Positions 29,995-39,910 of a stretch of DNA of 64,000 nt are shown here, one piece after another (position 1 is the first letter of the stretch; the number at the start of each line of letters is the position of its first letter). Under the pieces are notes generated by a model that made no database searches, was not told the origin of the DNA, and was given only the letters and a program-made list of their open reading frames with translations. The position numbers and the translations under genes are program-made. Origin of the DNA: a virus (lineage: Duplodnaviria > Caudoviricetes); IMG/VR virus record IMGVR_UViG_3300026549_000050, positions 1-64,000 of that record. One strand, 5' to 3'.

Positions 29995-30312
29995 GGTAAT
30001 TTTCTTTCTCCCCTGTAAGGCGTGGGGCGCCAGTTACGTTAGTTTGTTTTTAAGTGTTTCGAGAAGTTACTTTTCTCTCTCACTTTCTATATATATTATA
30101 GAGCTTTTTTAGAACTTTTTCAAATTTTTTCAGCTCTACTTTTCGGGAAGGAAGGAAGAAGTTTTTTCTTTCTTTTCTTACCTTGTATATATATTATAGA
30201 GCTTTTTTCAGAATTATTCAAATTTTATTTATCCGATGGTCGTACGGGTGCGCCTGAAAATTTGACTTTTTTTGTCAAATTTTAGAAGAAGAACATATGT
30301 TCGAATTTTGGG

Positions 30313-30460
30313 CACAGCTCCTCAAAATTTGACTTTAAATGTCAAATTTCCAGCGCAGCTCCCACGACAATGCAGCTCCGAAATCTGCGCGCAGCTCCGC
30401 CGACGTCCGGACGCCAGCTGCCCGGCCGCAGCTCCTCGGCACAGCTCCTTCGCAGCTCCC
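30313..30460 (+). repeat. Cluster of CAGCTCC direct repeats
   Basis: About 7-8 copies of (G/A)CAGCTCC within 150 bp. Confidence 0.7.
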
Positions 30461-31260
30461 TACGGCCGCGATTGTACGGACGACAAGAACGTTTGTTCGA
30501 TTTCACACGTTGGCTTCGTCGATATATGGGATTGGAGAACGTATGTTCGACTACGTAAAACGAACGTATGTTCGCAAACGTATGTTCGCTTCGTTAGTTA
30601 ATTAATTAACGAACTTTTTTATAAAAAAGGATTGACTTGCGTTGGGAAGTGTGGTATGATAGAATGGGGTAGTATACGATTTTTGGCCCGGACAGAAATG
30701 AACCGGGCGAAAAAGAACGTATGTTTGTCTTAGGAATAAAAAAAGAGGAATTAATCCTCTTCATTAGTTTCAAATTTAATAAATGGTAAATCGCTATAAA
30801 GACCAAACTCTATTGGTTCAATAAGATTGTTATTGGAGTCAACAAATTCTATAGTCTCGTCTGCCTCATATCTTAAAAGTTTATTAATTAGTTCTCTTAC
30901 TGTCATTTTATTTTCTCCTTTCTTACAATAGTATTATAACAAACATATCTTTGTCTGTCAATACTTTTTCTTGTACTTATTTAAGTACAAGATTATTTTC
31001 CCTTTCGTTTTTGCCAATCTCTTAACGATTTAAAAATAGAGTTGATTGTTTTCTCAACCTCGTCAATTCCATATTCGTTGCATAAGTCTTCAATCAGTTC
31101 AAACATTTCTCTTGGTGTTATCATTTCTATTTTCTCCTTTCTTACAATGTAAGTATAGCAAAATTATTTTAATCTGTCAAGTTTTTTTCTTGTACTAAAA
31201 TCCGTACAAGGCGCCCGGCCCGCGCGAACAAACGTTCGTTTAATGAGTATAAAAAAGGGA

Positions 31261-31620
31261 CTACTGTCCCTTTGCGTGAATTTCCGCTTTCTTTTTGCGA
31301 ATTTCCTTATCACGTTCGATTTTCTTCGCTTTCGCTTCGGCTTTCTCTTTTGCCTTGCGTTCTTTTTCAGCGAGATTATGGACGTAGTCCTGTGCGATTG
31401 CATATGCGTCATATGGTTCAAGACCTTTGTTCGCCCCTGTTGGTACTTTTACAGTAAATACAACGAATTTTTCCTCATCGTTGCAATCGACAACGGGGAT
31501 TGCGATTTCATTGGACTTGACTTGCAAGACTTCTTCGCCCAAGTCATACAGAAACTGTGCTACCTTTTCGAGATATTTTGCCCTAAGGCTTTCGTTTGCC
31601 ATTTTGTTAGAGATTGCCAT
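31261..31620 (-). CDS. Hypothetical protein with Lys/Glu-rich tail, paralogue 1
   Basis: EEVLQVKSNEIAIP...VKVPTGANKGLEPYD. Confidence 0.75.
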   Translation of the reverse strand: MAISNKMANESLRAKYLEKVAQFLYDLGEEVLQVKSNEIAIPVVDCNDEEKFVVFTVKVPTGANKGLEPYDAYAIAQDYVHNLAEKERKAKEKAEAKAKKIERDKEIRKKKAEIHAKGQ

Positions 31621-31818
31621 AGATTTGCCTACCTTTCTTTTAACTCTTTATCTTACAATAGAATTATAGCAAATTAAATTGAATGTGTCAAGCGAATTTT
31701 ATGAATTTATCTATGTATTTTTTTTCGTACAAGGCGGCCGGTCGAAAAATTATAAGAAAACATATGTTCGTTTTGTTTCGGCCGGGCGCAGTGTATAAAT
31801 ATTCAGAAAAAAGAGTGC

Positions 31819-32484
31819 CTATGCAAAGCACTCTTTTCTCATTGGTTTATGTTGTCTGATGCAGTGAGCGAAGATTTCTTTTTCTATCAGTACATCTTCA
31901 AGTCCTGTATGACTTTCAATAAAGTTATTATCGCCACTTATATATCTGTAAAGAATTTCTGCGGTTGCTCTGACTCTACCATTCTTTGTGAGATATCCGT
32001 TATTATATGCCCACTCTTTATAAGCCCACTGTTTACAGATTGTATCTTGTGCCATTTTGAGAGTATCCCAAAGTGGTATTCCATAAGGGAGGAAAAACCT
32101 ATATTTTGACTTTGTAAGATATCTTTGTGTGCAAGTGGTGGCACGATAGTCAAATCTTGCGTTGTGTGCGATGATTGCTTTGACTTTGTAAGTGTCGCAA
32201 AGTTCTTTAATTTTGTTTCTGATTGTAAAGTACTTTGCAATTGTGCGTTGTCCACTTGCTATCTGTTCTTCATACATTGGAATTTTCTTTGCATAGTAGG
32301 CAGTTTTCATTAAGTCTTTCATTCCGCAAAATGTTTCATAGACTATAAAGGAAAATGTTTCGTATATATTACCCTTTTTATCGTGTATACAACCGCCTAT
32401 ATCGTATACAATTGGATTATCAAGTCCGTTTGCGGTTTCTGTGTCGATTGTGAGATAGTAATTTTTTCTTCTGTCAATTTTCAT
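31819..32484 (-). CDS. DEDDh 3'-5' exonuclease (DnaQ-like), paralogue 1
   Basis: IDTET, AHNARFD, HTGLED. Confidence 0.85.
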   Translation of the reverse strand: MKIDRRKNYYLTIDTETANGLDNPIVYDIGGCIHDKKGNIYETFSFIVYETFCGMKDLMKTAYYAKKIPMYEEQIASGQRTIAKYFTIRNKIKELCDTYKVKAIIAHNARFDYRATTCTQRYLTKSKYRFFLPYGIPLWDTLKMAQDTICKQWAYKEWAYNNGYLTKNGRVRATAEILYRYISGDNNFIESHTGLEDVLIEKEIFAHCIRQHKPMRKECFA

Positions 32485-32634
32485 TTCTGTATTGACTCCT
32501 TTCTTTAATGTAACTAAAGTATACCATAGAATCAAACCAATTGCAACCCCTTTTAGAAAAATTTTTTATGTTTTTATTTTCGTACAAGATTGCGCCCGGG
32601 CGCGAAGAACGTATGTTCGATGAAGAGGGATTGC

Positions 32635-33090
32635 CTAAGCAACCCCTTTCAGAATTTCTATGATATTGTCAACATCGTATGCAGTACCAATCCAATTTGT
32701 TCTGTTTGGTTCTTCATCGTCAAAGAGTATTCCATTTGGGAAACGAACGACTGTTTCTTTCGGTGTGCCATATGGTACGATTTTAATTTCGTCAAACTTT
32801 ACATTTTTGAGATGTGTTTTCAACCAATTTATTTTGGCAACCTTTACTCTTTCATCATATTCTTCTGTGGAGTTTTTAGGCAACCAACTTACAATACCGA
32901 TTGTATATCCGTTTCTCTGTAACTTGTTGAGAAGTCTTGCAAGTACATTCATTTTTATCATTGGGATTGCGTTTGTATATGGTGTGGTTTCTCTTGCGAT
33001 AATCATATCCAACCAACCATTTACACCATAGAGATTTGCGATAGTACCGTCCATATCGAAATAAATTGCTTTGTTAGTAATCATCATCAT
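32635..33090 (-). CDS. HAD-family 5'-nucleotidase-like phosphatase, paralogue 1
   Basis: YFDMDGTIA, IVSW, K..WL, LFDDE. Confidence 0.85.
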   Translation of the reverse strand: MMMITNKAIYFDMDGTIANLYGVNGWLDMIIARETTPYTNAIPMIKMNVLARLLNKLQRNGYTIGIVSWLPKNSTEEYDERVKVAKINWLKTHLKNVKFDEIKIVPYGTPKETVVRFPNGILFDDEEPNRTNWIGTAYDVDNIIEILKGVA

Positions 33091-33327
33091 ATTTCTTACC
33101 TCTCTTTCTGTATTCATTATAGTCGATGAAGAGGGAAAAGTCAATACCCTTTTATGTTTTTTTATGTTTTTTTCGTTGGTGGCGCCCGGGCCATCCGAAC
33201 ATATGTTCTTTTTTAATTAAATGAAAAAGTCCACTGTAAGTGGACTTCTTCAATAAAGGAGGTAAACAATTTTCATAAAAGTGGGAAAAGGTTTTTTAAG
33301 GGATAAACCTTTTCAAAACCCTTGCGA

Positions 33328-33654
33328 CTACAGTGAGTAAGCCTTGCGAGTACCCTTACCCTTTACCTTTACATCGCTAACTGTCAGACCCTCAATCTGC
33401 TTGAGGAGAGCAGACGCTTTCTGTGTGGAGATTTCAACCTTTTCGGCAATCTCTGTGGCAGTCTGTGGCTCTTCTGTGAGAACGCCCTTGATTGCTTCTA
33501 TTATTGGGGCATTTTCGAGTGCCTTTTTCGATACTGTTTCTCTACGCTTTGCGTTACGAGCATCGAGTTTTTCGAGTTCCTCTCTTACCTTTGCGATAAC
33601 CTCATCAGTGATGTTGCCATTAACGATTTCTACGAACATTTCTCTGTTAGTCAT
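33328..33654 (-). CDS. Winged-helix protein, paralogue 2
   Basis: TATEIAEKVEISTQKASALLKQI...KVKGKGTRKAYSL. Confidence 0.75.
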   Translation of the reverse strand: MTNREMFVEIVNGNITDEVIAKVREELEKLDARNAKRRETVSKKALENAPIIEAIKGVLTEEPQTATEIAEKVEISTQKASALLKQIEGLTVSDVKVKGKGTRKAYSL

Positions 33655-33756
33655 AATTCTTTTTCCTTTCTACTGACTTAACTTTATCTTATGTTTGTAT
33701 TATATCAGACTTTGTGGTGTCTGTCAATACCTTTTTTATGTTTTTCTTTGTTTTTC

Positions 33757-34128
33757 TGTCAAGGGGAACTTTTGACGCGTCCGTCATGGGATTCGAACCC
33801 TTGGCAAGCATTGGGCAGCCCACTTGCACCTAATCCCCTTGACAATTATATTGTATCAGATTTTTATTAATCTGTCAATACCTTTTTTAGATTTTTTTAT
33901 TTTTTTGAGATTTTTTTCTCTCTTTACTGTATCTATATTATACTACAGATTTTTTATTTTGTCAAGTGTTTTTTCAAACTTTTTTAATTTTTTTGTCTAA
34001 AGGGAGAACTGTTTTTTAGTGTTGAGATAGACGCATCTACTTCCCACTCACGCTCAACTTTCTTGGGATAGTTTTTCGTGTTCTCCCTTTGACAATTATA
34101 GTATAGCAAAATTCTCAAATTAAGTCAA
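33757..34128 (-). ncRNA. Small-RNA cassette array 1 (units A 33757-33844 and B 33995-34093, plus an extra promoter at 33937-33965)
   Basis: Each unit is TTGAC(A/T)-17-TA(C/T)A(A/C)T followed by an ORF-less ~90-100 nt segment closed by an 11-bp terminal stem. Confidence 0.6.
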
Positions 34129-34215
34129 CTATTTTTCTTAAAAAATCTTGTACTAAAATCCGTACAAGGCGCCCGGTCCGTTTGAACGTATGTTCGTCAT
34201 TATAAAAGTGAGGAA

Positions 34216-34647
34216 TTAAACCTCACTTAGTTTACAAATAATATTATTACATTCTACTTCATGATTACGATAATAATTTATTGCCCATTCTGTTGCATGA
34301 TACTCCATTGGTATGTTAAAATATTCACGATTGAATTCTTCAAAATTATCTTCTTCATATTTCATTTGTAAAAGAAAATAAATTACATTTCTTTCTTCAT
34401 TTAATTCCTCTGTATATGTCATTATATGCCCTATTTCGTGTAATACTGACATTAAATAAGGATTAAAATCTACATTAAATTCTTGTTTAAGAAACTGCGA
34501 CCATATTCTATCTTCCTCTTCATTTAGTTCGTGTGGTATATAGATAATTTCTTCTTGTATATCTACACAAAATCTATTATCATTTTCAACTTCTATATAT
34601 TCATCAATTGTTTTTATAAAATCTCTTATTAAAGTAATTTTATTCAT
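34216..34647 (-). CDS. HEXXH zinc metallopeptidase-like protein (ImmA/IrrE-like)
   Basis: SVLHEIGHI...PMEYHATEWA. Confidence 0.65.
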   Translation of the reverse strand: MNKITLIRDFIKTIDEYIEVENDNRFCVDIQEEIIYIPHELNEEEDRIWSQFLKQEFNVDFNPYLMSVLHEIGHIMTYTEELNEERNVIYFLLQMKYEEDNFEEFNREYFNIPMEYHATEWAINYYRNHEVECNNIICKLSEV

Positions 34648-34814
34648 TTGTTTTTCTCCTTTCTATATTTTTAGTATAAACCAAATTTATAAAATTGTCA
34701 AGTATTTTTTAATAGTTATTTTTTTCACAAAGTGGCCCGGACCGACCGGCCGCGAACGTATGTTCGTTTTGTTCGTAAAAAAAGAACGCACGTTTCGTGC
34801 GTTCAATTTTTCGA

Positions 34815-35153
34815 CTATGCGAGTGAGTAAGACTTCTGTGTACCCTTACCCTTGACTTTTACGTCCTCGACAGTGAGAGTACCAACCTCTACCAACTGTC
34901 TGCAAAGGGCAGACGCTTTTGATGTGGAGATTTCGCAACCCTTTGCGATTTCACTTGCGAGATGTGAACCATCAGCGAGGAACTCAACGATTTTTGCCTT
35001 GATTGGCTCGTTCTCGACAGACTTCTTGGAAGGCATATTCTTTCTCTTTGCGTTCCTCTCATCGAGTTTTGCGATTTCCTCTGTTGCCTTTGCGATTACT
35101 TCGTCTGTGAGGTTTCCGTTAATTACTTCTGTAAGCATTTCTCTGAGTGTCAT
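34815..35153 (-). CDS. Winged-helix protein, paralogue 3
   Basis: LASEIAKGCEISTSKASALCRQLV...KVKGKGTQKSYSL. Confidence 0.75.
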   Translation of the reverse strand: MTLREMLTEVINGNLTDEVIAKATEEIAKLDERNAKRKNMPSKKSVENEPIKAKIVEFLADGSHLASEIAKGCEISTSKASALCRQLVEVGTLTVEDVKVKGKGTQKSYSLA

Positions 35154-35243
35154 AATTTTTTCCTTTCTACTGACATTTAACTTTATCTTATGTTTGTATT
35201 ATATCAGACTTTTTGGTGTCTGTCAATACCTTTTTTGAATTTT

Positions 35244-35853
35244 TCAAAGGGGAGAGGGCGCTTGACAGAAATTTATATAGCGCATCCGCGTCTTTCTCTG
35301 TAATGAGAATGTTCTTTCTTTGAACTATCCTCTCCCCTTGATAATTATATTGTATCAGATTTTTATTAATCTGTCAATACCTTTTTTAAATTTTTTTTAT
35401 TTTGTCAAGGGGAACTTTTGACGCGTCCGTCATGGGATTCGAACCCTTGGCAAGCATTGGGCACCCCACTTGCACCTAATCCCCTTGACAATTATATTGT
35501 ATCAGATTTCTCTGATTTTGTCAAGAGGGTTTTGAAAAGTTTTTCAATTTTTTTTCGATGTCCTCTTCCCACAAAACTCTGTTCGCTCAATGTGAGTGTG
35601 CAAGGGTAAGCCCTTAGCCCCAAAGAGATTTCTCTTAATGGTCGTCATCTCCCTCTTGACAATTATATTGTATCAGATTTCTTTTAATCTGTCAAGCCTT
35701 TTTTAGATTTTTTTTATTTTTTTTAGTCGACTTGGGGAGAGATTTTCATATCAGAGAGTCCATAAGGCGCATTATCTCTCGTTGACGCCAACTTCGGAAT
35801 TTTATCTCTCCCCTTGACAATTATAGTATAGCAAAATTTTTAAAATAAGTCAA
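35244..35853 (-). ncRNA. Small-RNA cassette array 2 (units C 35244-35342, D 35403-35490, E 35519-35661, F 35726-35818)
   Basis: Four consecutive promoter+hairpin units; D differs from A by one base. Confidence 0.6.
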
Positions 35854-35941
35854 CACTTTTCTTTGTATTTGTTTAGAAACAATCGCGTTAATTTTTTAAC
35901 AAAGTGCCGGGCGCGGTAGACAATAAAAATGTGATAGTAAA

Positions 35942-36583
35942 CTACCACATTTTTGTTTCATAATAGAAACCATCAATTTTTTCACAAGCGAGCAATATTT
36001 TATATTCAATCTCACAATCTGCGAGTGCAGTATGCTCTTCTGTGAAATTTTTATCAAACATATACTGTGCTACGATTTCTGCGGTATATCTGTTTGCGTT
36101 TCTCTTTGTCAGATAGTTATTATCTTTACAAAATGCTCTGTATTCTTTATCGTTTTTGAGGACGTGGCGAGAGAGTGCAAGAATGTCGTGGAATTCTGTA
36201 CCATAAGGGAAGAAATACCTCCACTTTGAACTTGTAATATATCTCTGTGTCGTTGCGAGTGAGCAATAATCAAAATTACAATTATAAGCAAATACTTTTT
36301 TGATGTTGTATTTTTTCATAATGTGGCGAAGTGTCCACTTAACATTATTAAATGATGTAAGAGTGCGTTTTCCGTCTTTAATCTCTTTCCAATACTGTGG
36401 AATTTTTTCATTGAAGTATGCAACACTCATTAATTCTTTATTAAGAAAAATATCTGCGATTACAAAACTGTCTTTGTGGTAAATTGTTCCGTTGAAGTCT
36501 GCGACTATATAACCTAAATCATAGACGAGTGCGTCATCAAGTGAGTTTGTTGTTTCTGTGTCGAGAATTAAAATCTTTTCCAT
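35942..36583 (-). CDS. DEDDh 3'-5' exonuclease, paralogue 2
   Basis: LDTET, AYNCNFD, HTALAD. Confidence 0.85.
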   Translation of the reverse strand: MEKILILDTETTNSLDDALVYDLGYIVADFNGTIYHKDSFVIADIFLNKELMSVAYFNEKIPQYWKEIKDGKRTLTSFNNVKWTLRHIMKKYNIKKVFAYNCNFDYCSLATTQRYITSSKWRYFFPYGTEFHDILALSRHVLKNDKEYRAFCKDNNYLTKRNANRYTAEIVAQYMFDKNFTEEHTALADCEIEYKILLACEKIDGFYYETKMW

Positions 36584-37175
36584 TGTTTTACTTCCTTTCT
36601 TTTGATATATTTATTATAAGCGATGAAGAGGATAAAGTCAAGTATAAATCTTGTTTTTTTATGTTTTTTTCGTCGAAGGCGGCCCGGTCAAAAAAAAGAA
36701 CAAGTGTTCTACAACCACTTGTCCAAATTGTTTTTATTTACTTTTTCTCTTTTCTTCCTTTTATCGGAATAAACACCTGTTCTAAATGGTATGTCCTGCA
36801 TACCTCTTGACTTTTTTATAAGGTCAAGTCCACTAATTGTGGATACATGAATTGTTTTCTTTTTCTTTCCCATTTTTCTACCTCACTCCGTTTTTCTTTC
36901 CTACTAAATATATGTAGAGTTTCAGCAAGTCTTGTGCATTTTTTCTCATCAAGAAATCTCTTGATTTTTCCGATACGCAACCCATAATTATTAGTCTGTT
37001 TGTCATTTCCATTTTACTCATTGTTTTTCTCTCCTTTCTTTTCCTATAATAATATTACCACAATTATAGGAAGTTGTCAAGCAAAAATTTCAATAAATAT
37101 TTTTTTAACAAACTTTTCGACCGGCCGCACTCGACGAACATCTGTTCGATGAAGAGGGATAAAAAAGAGCGCGCA

Positions 37176-37538
37176 TTACTGCGCGCCCTTTTCTGCAATC
37201 TCTTTTTTCTTCTCTCTGATTGCTTTATCTTTGGCAATCTTTTGTTTCTTTTTCTCTTCTCTTTCTTTTGCTTTCTCCTCTTTCTCTGCAAGTTTATGTT
37301 CGTAATCTTGCGCGAGTTCATAACCATCGTAGACCTCAAGACCTTTGTTTGCGCCTGTTGGAATTTTAACGGTTATGACTGCAAAGTCTTCGTTTCCCTC
37401 ACAACCAACGCAAGGAATTGCTATCTCATTCGACTTTACTCTTAAAACCTCTTCATTTTGGGAGAGAAAACAATCAATAATTCTCTGAAGAAACTCACCT
37501 CTCAAAATTTCACGCTCGACTTTTCTTGAAACTGCCAT
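37176..37538 (-). CDS. Hypothetical protein with Lys/Glu-rich tail, paralogue 2
   Basis: EEVLRVKSNEIAIP...VKIPTGANKGLEVYD. Confidence 0.75.
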   Translation of the reverse strand: MAVSRKVEREILRGEFLQRIIDCFLSQNEEVLRVKSNEIAIPCVGCEGNEDFAVITVKIPTGANKGLEVYDGYELAQDYEHKLAEKEEKAKEREEKKKQKIAKDKAIREKKKEIAEKGAQ

Positions 37539-37958
37539 ATTGTCAACTCCTTTCTTTTTTTTAAATTCTCTTTATTTTCTAAAATTATTATAACAAATTT
37601 TTACAAAAAAGTCAAATTATTTTTTGTTTTATTTTAGGAACAAAGGCACATAGAACATTATCGGAAGTGAAACCAAAAACAAAAATCCGAAAAAATCGTG
37701 GTTTGTTATTTCTGTAAGAATACCGCAGAACATAGCAAAGATTACCCATATTGTGAAAATTACCCAAATCATATTTCTATCTCCTTTCTTTTTACAAACT
37801 AATTCTACAATATTCGGATTGTAAAGTCAATAGTTTTCGGAAAAATTTTTTCAATAGTTATTTTTTTAACAATCGCGCCCGGGCAATTCGCACAAATGTT
37901 CGATTATGGGATAAAAAAGATTGTACGAATTTTAGAATAAATTCGTACAATCTTTTTT

Positions 37959-38348
37959 CTAACGAAGTCTTTTACAGTCAATTACTGCAACTACATCATC
38001 GCAATAATTTGTATATGGATTGTAAACAAAGTATGATATAACCTTTTTATCTTTCTTTACATATTTGTTATATCTTACATATTCGCCTTTCTTACTATAT
38101 CCATAGTAACCACGAGAGTAGGAAGTAAACTTTTCAACATAGACAAACTTTGTATTCTTTCTGTGTTCCATTTTCTTTGCGTTGTACTTTGTAAATACTC
38201 TGATTGTCTTTGTTGGATAATGTTTCTTACAATACTGTTTCATTATTGTATAGTCTGTTTTTGTCTGTGCATAACTTGGAGACACATAGACAGAACACAT
38301 AAGAATAGCAATAACGAGTAGTGGAATAATAAACGGATTTCTTTTCAT
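37959..38348 (-). CDS. Basic exported protein (signal peptide)
   Basis: MKRNPFIIPLLVIAILMCSVYVSPSYA; RBS aaaggag. Confidence 0.65.
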   Translation of the reverse strand: MKRNPFIIPLLVIAILMCSVYVSPSYAQTKTDYTIMKQYCKKHYPTKTIRVFTKYNAKKMEHRKNTKFVYVEKFTSYSRGYYGYSKKGEYVRYNKYVKKDKKVISYFVYNPYTNYCDDVVAVIDCKRLR

Positions 38349-38521
38349 AACTATGTCTCCTTTCTTTAGTCTAATTATACTCGATGAAGAGGGATAAGTC
38401 AATACCTTATTTTGTTTTTATTGACGTACAATCGCGCGACTGCATGGATAGTCTTGAACGTATGTTCGATGGACCGGCCGCCGAACACGTGTTCTTCTGC
38501 GTTCAATCTCAAAGGGATTGT

Positions 38522-38965
38522 CTATGCAATCCCTTTGAGTACCTCGATGATGTTGTCAACGTCGAACGCTGTACCCGTCCAAGCGTCTCTATTTGGTTTT
38601 TCATCATCGAACAGAATACCATTTTTATCGCTTACTATTTCGTGTTTTGGTGTTCCATATTCTACGATGTGAATTTCATCGAACTGTACGCTTTTCAGAT
38701 GTATTTTTAACCATTTGATTTTTGTGGTGCGTACTCTCTCGTTATATTCTTTTGTTCCGTTCTTTGCCGTCCACGAAACAATACCGACTTTAAAACCTTT
38801 TCTTTTCAGACCGTTCAGAAGTCTTGCGAGTGCGTTCATTCCTACCATCGGCTCTGCGAGTGCATAAGGTGTAGTTTCTTCTGCTCTCAACATTGGAAGC
38901 CAATTCTCTACTGCATAAAGGTTAGCGATTGTTCCGTCCATATCGAAGTAAATTGTTCTTGTCAT
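38522..38965 (-). CDS. HAD-family 5'-nucleotidase-like phosphatase, paralogue 2
   Basis: YFDMDGTIA, IVSW, LFDDE. Confidence 0.85.
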   Translation of the reverse strand: MTRTIYFDMDGTIANLYAVENWLPMLRAEETTPYALAEPMVGMNALARLLNGLKRKGFKVGIVSWTAKNGTKEYNERVRTTKIKWLKIHLKSVQFDEIHIVEYGTPKHEIVSDKNGILFDDEKPNRDAWTGTAFDVDNIIEVLKGIA

Positions 38966-39442
38966 TGTTTTATTCTCCTTTCCTTTCTGTATCTATACTA
39001 TACCATACATTTTACAATCTGTCAATCCCTTTTTTATGTTTTTCTTTGTTTTTTTATTGTTAAATAATTAACAAAGTCGCCCGGTCTATCGCACAAATGT
39101 TCGATGAAGAGGATAAAAAATAGACCTTTATTTTTAAGGTCTATTTTTATTTCTAATTTGTTTCAAACATTTCTACTTTTTCGATAGTGTATTTTGTTGT
39201 GTTGTGTTCTGTATTAAGTTCTTTTGCTGTTTCTTCAGCATTTTCTTTTGAGTAGCACCACATTACGAGTGAGGTTTCTCCGATTCTTACTGTTGATGGC
39301 TTTACTACAGCCCATGTTGTGTTAGTCTTCATTGTTCTTTCCTCCTTTGTTGTCTTTATTATAGCTCACTTAATCTCTTTTGTCAAGCTCTAATCTTGTA
39401 TTTCTTTGTTCTTTCTTCCGGCTGAGCCTGAGAGCTTGAGGC

Positions 39443-39910
39443 TTAGCCTCTTGCTCTCATTCTCATCATCTGTCCCTCTGTGATGAAGGTTGCCTTTTCA
39501 AACTTGAGCTGATAGGCTACTCCGTCAACTGTGAGGTCTCCGTCCTCTGTGAATGGTACATTGTCTTTTATCCATTCCTGTCCGTTCAGCTCGGTTATCA
39601 TCTTCTCAAATACCTCGCCTTTGTTGTACTTGCTCGTTTCCACCATTGCGTTGAAGTATTCAACGGAGCAGAGGAGCTGTGGGTTCAGGTCGAACATCAG
39701 GCTTTTCTGTGTGTGGTCTGGTTTGAATCTGAGGCTATAGCCAGCACCTCTTGAAGCCTTATCGAGCTTTGTGAGATGGTCGAGCATTGAGCCGTCAACG
39801 ATTACAAAGTACACGTTGCCTTTGTTTGTGAAGCCGAGAATATATCTGTGTGTGTACGCTTTGCGATTGTAAAAGTCTACTAACATTTTTTTAATCTCGT
39901 TGTTTTTCAT
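39443..39910 (-). CDS. Hypothetical protein, possible PD-(D/E)XK nuclease fold
   Basis: NKGEVFE...GDL...YQLK pattern. Confidence 0.55.
   Translation of the reverse strand: MKNNEIKKMLVDFYNRKAYTHRYILGFTNKGNVYFVIVDGSMLDHLTKLDKASRGAGYSLRFKPDHTQKSLMFDLNPQLLCSVEYFNAMVETSKYNKGEVFEKMITELNGQEWIKDNVPFTEDGDLTVDGVAYQLKFEKATFITEGQMMRMRARG

Noticed and set aside
28762-30605. ORFs in the repeat zones (28824-29318, 29119-29511, 30272-30601, 30339-30605)
   Set aside because: No RBS; low-complexity translations produced by DNA repeats and strand skew.
33757-35853. CRISPR array
   Set aside because: The repeated parts are promoters and stem arms of variable sequence, unit lengths are irregular, and there are no cas genes in the window.
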